This document shows positions 50,087-61,312 of a stretch of DNA of 64,000 bases, one piece after another (position 1 is the stretch's first letter; each line of letters begins with the position of its first letter). The translations under genes and the position numbers were made by a program. The stretch is from assembly GCA_036172245.1 (NCBI GenBank), contig JAYWIR010000103.1, positions 1-64,000 of the forward strand, written 5' to 3'. The notes under the pieces were generated by a model. That model was given only the letters and a program-made list of their open reading frames with translations, did no database searches and had not been told where the DNA came from. Source of the DNA: Raillietiella orientalis (Eukaryota).

Positions 50087-52180
50087 TTGCCACCCGGTCA
50101 CGCCGGGGCGTTTTTTTCAAATTCTCTATGATTCGTGGTAGGAGGCCCCACTACGGCCAACTCAACTGGACTTTCCGGGTCGCCGGTATGCAGACCGGCG
50201 CGACTCTCCTCGGCAGAGGAAGGGGGTGGGAGAAAACAAAAAAAAAATAAAACATAAAAACAAGAACATTTGGGAGGGTTGGGGAGGGATCACTGACTAC
50301 TGGGAGGAGGGTCCATTCTTCGCAGGATGCCCTCGAGGTCCGTCCGTATGGTTCCCAGGTGGGGCCATCTGGTCGCAATCCGCAGGTAGCGGACTGCAAG
50401 TACGACGGCATCCCTGTTGTGGCTCGGTCTTCAAACGTCCCTCCAGCACGTCACAATCCCGCGTACGCAGCAAAGTGCAGCCAGGGCAGCGGCTGGACCC
50501 AAAGCATTCTGCACGAACAGAAGCCGAAAAACGTCTCTGGGCTGGCTGCCCTCCTGGATTCGTAGGGAGGCACGAAGACGTTCCCACAGGGGTCGCAGGG
50601 CAGCACAATCAACAAGGAGGTGGGGGAGGGTTTCCCGTTCCCCACACCTGATGCAGGTAGGATCTCCTCGACCCCTGGTCCAGTGGTGGCGGCGTGCGTT
50701 GCAGGTAGACCCCAATGCAACAACAGAAGCGCCGAATCCTGCCACCTCAGGGGGAGGATCCTAGATCCAATTAATACCGGGGGCCACTTCAGGTCATCCG
50801 GCTGGATGCCGAGTAGCTCGCCCCATCTCTGCACTCCTCTCGGCTGGACACTAGGGGTACTGGCGTCCGCCAGTTCACCCGTGGACCAGCCTCTGATCAA
50901 CTTCTCCTTGCCTGCGATGCGGCAGGCGACTTGCCACCTGGGCTTGCGGCTGCTGGAGAGCGCCCTCCTCAGAAGGGCATCGACGTAGCTAGGGGGGTTG
51001 TCTCTGCCCACGTGCTTCTCGCGGGACACTGTAGTATCTTCCGCAGAGTGCAGCGGGAATAGACGCGGCGTCGCAGGCAGTTCCACATCTCTCCGTTCTT
51101 CTGCTTTATCTTCGCCCACGTGCCAGCTGTCTCCTCCAGCCATGCGGAGGAGTTGGTGGGGCTGCATTCCATCCAGCCGTTTTCCTTTGCCAGGGTTGCC
51201 ATGCGTCCCAGGAGGAGTCCGCATCTCTTGATCTTCGAGCCGCGGCACAGAAGATGAGACGCGAGACCCTCCGTTCCGGATACACGGCTGGCAAGGAGTC
51301 GGGCCGGAACGCACTAAGGGGTGCTCCATAACTTCGCTGCGATGGCGAGGGTTCGCCACTGCAGCTGAATCTCTACTCGCTCCATCGTCAAGAGACAGAG
51401 ACCGCCATCCCGACCCTGAGCACACAAGTCCTTCAACGGGACTCGGGGCCTCCCTCTTCCCCAAAGGGCAATTCTCAGGAGGTCCTTCGTCCGTTTTTTC
51501 AACTCTCTGGGGACTAGGCAAACAAAAAGAAGGAGGAGGAGAATAGGAGCCGCGAACGCGTTCCATACCGCGGCCCATTCCGGAAGGAGAAACTTGTCTT
51601 CCAGGAACGGGCCGATCGCCATTTCCACTTTTTGGAGGCAGCCGGACCACGCTTCCGCAGGGGAGGAGTCCCCCAACGGCACACCAAGGTACTTCAAGCA
51701 CCTCGCCGTGGGGATCCCCAAGCGGACGCAGTCCTGCTGCCCAGCCCACGCCGCACCGACTGGAACCACCGTTGACTTCGCCCTGTTCACCGTAAGTCCG
51801 GTCCCGCGGCTAAGCAGAACGAAGAAATCCCCGACCGCCTTCGCCGGGGTGGACATCAGCAACAGAAGCAAAAGATCGTCGGCGTACGCTGCTACGGCGG
51901 ACGTGCCGGGGCACGAGCTCGACAAGGGGGCCAAACTCACCCTGTACGCTCTCAGCACCAACTCAAAGTAGGTGCTAAAGAGCAAGGGAATGAGAATGTC
52001 GCCCTGCCGTATGCCCCGCCGTACCGGCACGCCGTACGCCTTTTGACCTCTGAAAGAGATATTGATCAGCGCGCTGCGCCAGCAAGAGCGCAGGTAGGTC
52101 AGTAGGGAGGGAGGGAAGCCCATGCGTCCCAGGAGCTTCAGTAGGCGATCCTGGTCCACGCAGTCAAACGCTTTATGCAG
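50087..52180 (-). mobile_element. LINE family D copy 2 (RT LHKAFD to 3' end)
   Basis: Inverted homologue of 40666-42762; AYADD; hairpin end. Confidence 0.9.
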
Positions 52181-55100
52181 TTCCTCGACTTGGCAGGTCG
52201 AAGAACTCCTCTACCGCCGATGCCGGGTTGGACATGGGGAGCAGTAGCAGTAGGTCGTCCGCTTATGCTGACACCGCGGGCGTACCGGGATAGTCGCGCG
52301 GCAGGTGCGCTAGAGTTTCCCTGTACGCTCTCAGTACCAACTCGAAGTAGGTACTGAAGAGCAAGGGACTTAGGCTGTCTCCCAGACGTATGCCGCGTCG
52401 CACCGGTACGCCGTGCACGGAGTGTCCACTGAAAAAGATCTGAATGAGCGCGTCTCGCCAGCAGGATTGCAGGTAGTTCAGCAAAGAGACCGGGAAGCCC
52501 AAGCGTTCCAGGAGCTCCAAGAGGAGCCTCTGGTCGACACAGTCGAATGCTTTATGCAAATCGACTGCGACTGCGAGGGCTCCCTCCCCTCCTCAACCAT
52601 CCCGTTTCCTAGCGGCGGACATTCCGGAAGTCAGGTTGCCCATCCTGACCCTTTCCTGTTGGAGCCGGAAAAAGGTGCAGGCGAGGAACAGGTTAGTATC
52701 CATGCTCCGCCCGGGAACAGCATATGTCTGCTCCGGGCTAATGAAGCTTTCCGCTAACCGCCCCAGGCGTTCAGCTCACAATTTCACCAGCAACTCTGGG
52801 TCCGCGTTTATCACGGTAATCGGCCGCCAGTTGCTCATGCTCCGAAGGTCTCCTCCCTTAGGGAGGAGCCGCACCTTTGTCGAACGAAACGAGGCGGGGA
52901 CGTCGCCCGTTTCGCGGATCAGGAAGGTGAGTTTCTTCACCAGAGGAGTGAGTTCTGCCGCAAAACATTGGAGAAATCCCGCTGGCAGGCCATCGTCCCC
53001 TGGAGCCTACCGCCTCTTGAGCTTTCCGATGGCCGAGATGATCTCGCCCATCGTGAAAGGCTCGAAGCGGGTCTTTCTATCTTCCTCCCCGATCGCCGGA
53101 GCGCCTTCCGGAAGAAGTCGCGAGACATCCCGTTCCGGTAAAGTGAGCGCGTACAGAAAGGAGTAGAATTTTTTTATAAGCCTTTTACCTGGGAGGGGGC
53201 CGAGTGCTCCGAACCCTGGTCGTCCAGTTAGCTGGCCAACTCGGATTGCTACGCCTGCCTCTCGGCTCCCGCACGGTATTCGGCTAGCCTGCGTACGTCT
53301 GGTGTTCGCGCGTAACATGGAGATTGTAAATACCATCTCTCGTTACGCACGCTTTCACCAAACTCGGCATGCAGAAGGTTCATAGGGAACTCGTCGCAAA
53401 AATTCCGGACCGAGCGCTTGAAGCGGTCCCAGTCCTGAAGCGTCTTCAAGCTGAAATCTCGTATGAATCCGCGGAGATGCTCCGCGGCTTCCGGAAGTTT
53501 CAGATAGTCTCCCGGTAAGCGCCACGCAGATGACGGCGGACCCCTATCGCGTGGGCGCACCTCGAGTACTATCCGGTCATGGTCCGACAGTTCCGAGGGT
53601 AACTTGCCGCGCCTGCCCACGCGTGAGCATAGGTGCTGGTCAAGAAACACGTGATCTATGCTGTCGACATTTCCGGATCTCCCTCGAACAAGTTTCGCGT
53701 GTGCATCGCTGCGCACAGCTCGTTCACGAGGTCCCGAAGTGTGTCGGACGCACCTGACAGCAGGCGCAGGTTAAAGTCACCTGCGATTAGATGCGCTTTG
53801 CGCACTCCCGCTTCGACCAGATATTCGTGCCTCAGGGTAAGGAAGAAATCTCTTCTTGCCTTTGCCCTTAGCGCGTCGCTGCCGCTTGGGGCGAACACGT
53901 TGGTAATGACCAGATCGATGGCGTCGGACCACCTGATGGTCAACTGCCGACGCGACCGGCACTATCGAACCGTACACCTTTTGCCGCAGCCTCGACAGCT
54001 GGACGAAGCAGGAACGCGACACCGCAAGATTCAACGGTGCCGCAACGCCACAGCAGCCGTCTACCGGTGATGCGCTCGATCTTCGTTGCTTGATCTGCGG
54101 TGATCACGTGGATCTCTTGCAGCAGCACCAGGTCGAACTATGTCAGGGTGGAGGCCACGTCTCGTCTCTTGCCGTCGTCGCATAGCCCGTTGACGTTCAA
54201 CCAGGCAATTCGCAGACGGCGGCAAGAGGCGATTCCCGGCATTAAGGCTGGGAACTTGGCGTTGCAGCATTTGTCAAAGGATAGGTGGGAGGGACGAGTA
54301 AGGGGACCGCGGCCATCTCAGGCACTTGAAGCACCTGGGGCTCAGACTCTACACTTTCTCTCCCTCCGAGGTCGCAGCTTGGGGTTCCCTCTCGAGGAGA
54401 GTCCCCGGAGTTTCCCACTTTATTCGCACGCTCGCTTCCCTCAATTATCTCTTTCTTTTCCACGGACGGAATAATTTTGCGGGTCGCTTTCTTCGTGCGA
54501 TTGGCCTTCAGGCGGGAGGTCGCGATACCGCAGGCTGTGTTTTCCGCCTCTGCGTCAGAGTTTGGAATCTCCGACTTCTTGATCGAGGTCGGACGCCTTA
54601 AGGCCTTTTTCGCGGATTTAAGGGGATGCTGCACGGACTCAGCGAGCTCCTCCGCCGCTCGCACAAAGGCGACGTCGTCGAGCATGCGTTCGACGACGGA
54701 CGTTACCGCCGGGTCGATAGCCTCCGGCATTAGTTCGCCGGAGGGCTGAAAGTCGGCAGCGACGAGTGCAATTTTGCCGCTCTTTTCGACCGCAGGAATG
54801 CGCTTGATGACGACAGAGCAGCGTTTGATATTTTCGCGACGCGGCAAATTCTCGCTGCGTTTCGCGACATTTTTTTTTGCTTTCTCGAGGCTTTTCTGCC
54901 TCTTGGATTTTACTACCTGCCATCCAGGTTTCTGGCTGTTCTCCTCCACCCTGTCCGAGTTTTCCAAGATCTCGGAGATGACCTTCATCTGGGACACGAT
55001 AGTTGTTTTTCGAGCGGCGGCTCTCTCTCGGTCTGCCTGAGCTCGTCTTTTTCTCGCCGCGCGCTTCTTCGCATTACGTGCGGACGCGACGCGGACTTTA

Positions 55101-55971
55101 TTTTGCGGGCACACTGGAAGAGTGTGCTTGGGTTGCTTGCATTGCTTGCACTGCAAGTGAGGGCACCTTTTTTTCAGGGGACCTGAAGTGCTGCAATGCC
55201 CGCAGAAATATGGCTTACCGACATACCAGATGTCAACGGGTTCGCCGTTGACCTCCAGCTTGTTAGGTAGGGAGCAACCCTCGCGGACCGTGATTCGCGC
55301 AGAAGCCATACCGCAAGTCAGGAGATCGTACTCCCAAAACGGAGTCGGCCTTTTCCACAACGCGTGGACAGTTCCAAATTTAACTAGTTCATTTCGGACA
55401 GCCTCTTCGGCCATCCGGAATGTGATTCCGAGGAGGTGGATCACGATAGATCTATCCTCCGTGATGGGGAGGAGCCGGCGATTCCCTAAAGGAACAGGTG
55501 TACGGAGCAGACTCTGGGCAAGACTTTCTTCTTAGCAAATCACCTCAACGTACTGTCCACCACTCCCGATGGTCATCGCCAAGAGCTCCTCCTGTGGTAC
55601 TTTGAGGGAGTGCATCGCTTTCGAGAAAGCGCGTGCACTCTCGAAGGAGTAAAGGTTGCCTACCTTGTAGAGTAGAGGGGGATTGTACCCCTCCTATAGG
55701 TAGGCTTTTAACTCAGCCGCAGCCGCTTGCGTTGGCGCCGCAGCCACGGAACTCCAGCTTCTCCCTAGCGAGCGAGTCGCTTCTGTGGGGGCGGTTGCCT
55801 CCACATCCATTGATTCAGTAGGCAACATAGACGTCGCCCCCTTCTTAACATTCGTGGTGGTCCCAGGCATTGCTGCCTAGCCACCACCGAATCCACTGGC
55901 ACACCAAGAAAAAAAAGAAAAACAATAAAACCACAAACGCTCAAGAGCGAAACAAAAACCCGTCCGCTCTC
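52181..55971 (-). mobile_element. LINE family G (C-related): 5' UTR, ORF1 (55870-54242), ORF2 to just past YADD
   Basis: CGHCSTSG..C, CKQCKQPKHTLPVC; TAATG; GDFN, IDH, SDH; HKAFDCVD. Confidence 0.88.
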
Positions 55972-58900
55972 GCTCGAGGACTGGGACGATCTGAAAAGAT
56001 CGGTCCGCGAGTTCTGCTGCCGGTTTCCCTTGCACCACCTTCCGCGCGGCTCCGGAGAGGGCGTAGCCAACAGCAGAGATTTTCTGCAGGCCCGCTCCTT
56101 TTCCAAGCGCGCGGACGTTGGTTGATTATCCGAGTACAAGGCCAAGGCCAAGCGCCAGGTCTGGCAGTCAGGGGCGACAGTTCTGCTCGACGACCAGCAC
56201 CGGGAATGCTCGGCTCCAGCCGACGTTTTCCACCCGGATATTCCGGGGCATTTATTATTCTAATTTTTTACAAAAATTAGATAATAAAGTCTTAAAAAAG
56301 ATGTTTTTTGTGGGAAAACACTGGGTTCTCCTACCTTGCTCGACGTGTCGGTTGCCGGTGCATAGACCGGTTAGGTCCATTACCGAGGCGCATGGGAAGA
56401 AAAAACTAGAACAAAAACAAACAAAAAGAAAGATAACGGGGAGGGAAACAGTTATATGGGGAGAGGGGAGGGGCAGGGAAGGGATCACTGGGCGCCTGGG
56501 TCGGTCCTCCGCATCCTGTTGAAAAAGCAGTCAAGTTCGGTTTTTATTGTGGAAGGTAGACGCCACCTTGTCGCCGTCTCTAAAGAGATCGTGGTCCAGT
56601 GGATGGCGTCCCTGCATCTTGAGCCTCTTCTTCTGGCGTGCCACCTTTGCACAATGCCCCGCACGCAGCAGAGGACTGCTAGAGACGCAGCGGGGCGCAG
56701 GCCGTCACGCAGAAAGAGGCGACGGTAAATTTTCTTAGGGTCGCCTACTGGAAGATGGAGGATTGGGGCGATTCGACTCCAGAGTCCATCCAGGGCGACA
56801 CACTCGAGGGTGAGATGCGGGAAGGTTTCTCTTTCTCCGCACTCGACACAGCGGGCATCCACATTCCCCAGTGTCCAGTGAGACAGGCGTGCTCTGCTTA
56901 ACAGTCCCCAGTGCAGAAATAGCAATGCCGTCTCCTGCCACTTCAACCGAAGTGTGCCGCAATCCCAACACGCTGGGGGCCACTTCACCTCCTCCGGAGG
57001 TATTGCGAGCAGCTCTCCCCAGCGCGCAAGTCCGTGAGGCGGAACGCTCGGGGTGGCAGCGTACGTGAGCTCCCGAGTCGTCCACGCCTTTAAAGGTTCT
57101 TTCCTGCCTCGGATGAGGCAGAACACTTCCCACGATGCCCGCTCGTTGCTGCTCCTAGTGTTTTTTAGGGAGGACAGAACGGGGGCAAGGGGACTGAAAG
57201 AAGCCCACAGAAACTTCCGGGGCGTGTTGATAATCTCCTGCAGCGGCTGTCGAGCGTACGGTCCTCGTCGTAGGCAGTTGTATTCCGCCTCGCTCGTGCT
57301 GTTGATCTTAGCCCACGCGAAAGCTGACTCCTGAAGCCAGGCAGTACAGTTCGCGGGGAGGCAGGAGATCCAGGTATTCTCCCTCATCAGGGCGACCATC
57401 TGGCGCAAATCAGGGCCACAGTTGGAGAGGCTGCGCTGGTAGGCCACGAGGATCGAGGACAATCCTTCGAAGCCGGTCGCTCTTCTGGCGAGGAGCCGTG
57501 CCGCATCGCGCCATGGCGTCATCCATAAGCTAGCCGCAAGAACTAACTTTCGAATTGTTGTTTGAAGTTGGATGCGCTCTAACGTAAGGAGGCCCAAGCC
57601 ACCATCCCTGCGTGGAGCGCAAAAGTCTTTCAATAGGACTCGCGACCTCGCTGTGCCCCAAAGGGCAGTCCTTAAGAGGGCTTTGGTCCGTTTCTGTATG
57701 ATGGGAGTGGCGGGGCAAACAAAAAGTAAGGGGCGAAGGAGGACGGCCGCGAACACGTTTCACACAGCGGCCCGCTCCTCCAAGTAAAACTTGCCGTTTC
57801 GGAACGGGCCGATCGCCAACTCCACCTTTTGGAGACGGTCGGACAAGACTTCTGCAACGCAAAAGTCCCCCAACGGAACGCCAAGGTCCAGCCGACGTGC
57901 GACGGATAGTCAGGCGCAATCACTCTTCTCTGTATGCAGAGGCACCGACGGAGCGCTGCCTCTCCCGGCTGCTTCTGCCGATTGATGCACCTGTTGTAGA
58001 CGACAAGGAACGCGGGCGTCTTGATGAGCCCTTCACAGCAGAGGAAATTTCCTCGGCCATCTCGGGGCTCAAGAGACGAAAACCGCCAGGCGAAGATGAG
58101 CTCCCCGCGGAATTCTTTCAGTGTTTTGCGGCGGACCTCATCCCCCTGGTGCTCCAACTCTCGTCGCTGATGCTAGACTCGGGCGATGTCCCCGCCTCGT
58201 TTCGCTCAGCGAAGGTGCGTCTACTGCCGAAAGGCGGAGATTTGCGCCAACTGAACAACTGGCGTCCAATCATATTAGTGAATTCGGACGTCAAGTTGTT
58301 CTCGAAACTTTCGGTGGCGCGAATGGGTAGGATCGCAGAATCCTTGGTAAGTCCGGAGCAGACGAAAGCTGTTCCAAGGCGGTCCTTGGACGCGAATCTC
58401 TTGTTCATCCGCACATAGCTGCAATTGCAGCATCGTGTGGCGGTGGATCGTCGTGCGGAAGCAACGCCTTCGATCTCTCACCGAGGGAGGCGCGGGACGC
58501 AAAGGGAGACATTGGAAGCTTTGGCGGTTGCAGTCGATTTGCACAAAGCTTTCGATTGCATGAAGCAAACGCTTCTTCTTGAGCTTATGGAACGTCTGGG
58601 TCTTCCGGCATCCCTGTCGGCCTACTTGCGCTCCTGCTGGCGCCACGCGAATACATCCATTGTTATCAGTGGCTGTCGCGTGTATGGCGTGCCGGTACGA
58701 CGAGGAATTAGGCAGGGTGATAGCTTAAGCCCGCTGCTCTTCAGCATCTATTTTGAATTGGTGCTGGAGGCTTACAGGCTGACGCTAGCCAACCTGCCGA
58801 GCTCCTGTCCAGGTACGCCGGCCGTGGCAGCCTATGCCGACGACCTGCTTCTCCTGTTGCCCATGTCCACCCCGGCGACATCGCTTGAAGACTTCTTTGA

Positions 58901-60767
58901 GTTGATTCGTCGCGCTGCGGGCGTGAGCGTTAACAGGAGTGAGTGTATGGTTGTTCCGCAGGGTTCGACGTGGAAGGGGCAGTCCGACTGGATTGGCTTG
59001 GGGATCCCCACGGGCAGGTACCTCAGGTACCTTGGCGTGCCGTTGGGCGACTTCTGCATCTCAGACGCGTGGTCGGACTGCCTTCGGAAGGCAGAGCGTG
59101 CACTTAACCCGTTTTCAGGAGGCGAGTTCGTCTTGCCGGAACGGGCCTGCATCTGGAACACCTTCGTTGCCCCTTCTCCTCCGCCCCCTGTTTTTTGTTT
59201 GTCCACCCCCCCAGAAAGTCAAAGTCTGAGCGCAGCGCCTTCTACGCAAAGCGTTGTGGGGCGCTGCAAGATCCCGTGTTAGACTTGAAGTCTTGGTGGC
59301 GCCGCGTCAGGATGCAGGCTTGGGCATCCTCGACTTCAACAGTATCGAACTGCAGGTGCAGTTTCGCATGCTGCGGCTCTGTGCGAAGCTGTGGTGTACG
59401 CCGTGGTGCTTACCCGCACGCCTTATACTAAGGCGCTGCACGGGAAGCGAGGGACTGCTTTCGTTGCTACCCCACTTTCGGCACGCCAGAATTGGGTTTG
59501 GCTTCCCGCTGAGGCAGCTGTCCTCACTGCTGGAAGCCCAAAGCTGAATCATCTGCCGCCCCATGAACATTAATGCATGGCGGCAGGAATCTTTTTCATC
59601 GTGGGCAGCTTCCGAAGGAACGCGCCCGGAAGATCTTCGACGCCTGCGACTTCTCCTCAGTCATCAAATGGACGAAGTCATGCAGGACAAGAACATGTCG
59701 GATCGTCGTGCCGCCACACCACTCGCCGCAGCTCTGTCTGCCGTCAAGGCAAGCAACGACGGTTGCCTACCGGCGGAATGGAAGTTCTCCTGCGAAATAG
59801 CGGGAGTCAGTAAGCTCCTCGGCAGCTGGACGACAAAGGAGCTGGTGCAAGCCGCCAATCCTCGGAATCGGGCGAAGGGCCTGCTTCGGTGGAGCGAACA
59901 TTTAAGTGTGCCCCCCAAAGAGATAGTGGTTCCCCCCGTTTGTTTGGACAGCTCTGTGTTCCCCCTAAAGTGAAAACAAGATGTGCTGCTCTTTTCACAT
60001 TGTGCATTACACTGTAATAGGCAGCGAAGCATCGTTTCCGGGGGAGCTGCTTTGCCAAACTGTTTAAGGTGCTCAGAGATCGAGTCTTTTTCGCACCTTT
60101 TGCTGGGCTGCGGTGACCTCCGGGAACTGTGGCGAAGGCTCACTTCGGCCATCATGCCACAAGGAGGCACTGCCATTGATGTGCTGCGGCGCTTCTTCAG
60201 CAGAAATGGACTTTCGGTTCGCGCGATTGTCGCAACCATGTGTTGCGTTCGCGCCATCGTGAAGGCCCGCTACGCCCTGGAGTTGTCAGCGCAGCGAAGG
60301 GAGGCTCACCTGCTTGCAGCTCAATTCATGGAGAAGGCTACAAGGTAGTCTCATCTTTGTAACAAGGTGAAAGAGGACATCACCGGCATACATCGCCGGT
60401 TTCCAGACCTTTGAGAACGACGTAATCCGGTGACCCCTGCGACCTCTTGCCCACCAATACCCCGTCCCCGTTCGCTTGGTGAAATTTCCAGTGTTCATGC
60501 TTTTATCCCCGTATCTTCCAGAGCGATCCCAAAGACCCTTATCCCGTCCTCCTTATTCATTGTTTTTATTTTATTTTAATTTCTTTGTGTTCCCCGCCCC
60601 CTCACACCGTTCGCAAAGCTTTTACTCTGCCCTGCGTGCCAGCAATATTCTCTTTATTCTTGTTCAGTCGTCGGTTGGGAGTTTGGTTCCCAACTGGTTT
60701 ATTTTCTATAATTGCTTTTTTTGGTTATGTTATATGGAATAAACGCCCCGGCGTGACCGGGTGAGAA
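55972..60767 (+). mobile_element. LINE family E copy 4 (ORF2 linker to 3' end), interrupted by family A copy 2
   Basis: Colinear with 34746-37867 apart from the 56227-57886 insert. Confidence 0.93.
56227..57886 (-). mobile_element. LINE family A copy 2, 5'-truncated, perfect 12-bp TSD
   Basis: TSD tccagccgacgt at 56215-56226 and 57887-57898; ORF2 C-terminus 57756-56485; 3' end aataaatgccccggaatatccgggtggaaa. Confidence 0.95.
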
Positions 60768-61312
60768 ATCTCTTGCGCTTCTTCTGCAGAGATCACGTGG
60801 ATCTCCTGCAGCGGCGCATGGTCGTAGGACTCCAGAAGGGTGGCCATGGCTCGTCTCCTGCCGGCGTCTGTCATGCCGTTCACGTTCCAAACGGCGATGC
60901 GCAGACGACGGCGGGAGGAGATTCCCGGCATTACTGTTGGGAAGATTAAGGTGTAGGGGAGCCCGCCTCTTCCGAGGCGGGCGGGATGTCCATGGGGGTT
61001 TCGGCCTTCTCAGGCACCTGAGGCACCTGTTGGGTCTCCACCCCCTCCATCCCCTCCGTGTCCGTGCGTGGGAGCCTCTCGGGCGACGGGTCCCGACAGT
61101 TTCTCACGCTCATGGCACCCTCCCTTGCGGAAGCTATGTCTTCCCTTCGACGGGGGAGACCAGCTTCCTTGGCTTTGTGGAATTACGTCCAGCCTTCTTG
61201 CTCGGTGCCGTGGAAACGGAGGCTGCGCTTCCGGCCTCCACCTCGGGGTCGGAAGTGGGGGACTCCTGAGGGGAGGCAGGACGCTTTACGGCCTTCTTGC
61301 CAGCTTTGGAGG
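60768..61312 (-). mobile_element. LINE family C copy 5 fragment (ORF1 tail to EN AQEI)
   Basis: SKAGKKAV.., TAATG, MPGISSRRRLRIAVWNVNG. Confidence 0.9.

Noticed and set aside
48529..50250. 573-aa ORF as a novel gene
   Set aside because: Chance read-through from antisense E 5' UTR into frameshifted C endonuclease/linker and antisense D 3' UTR
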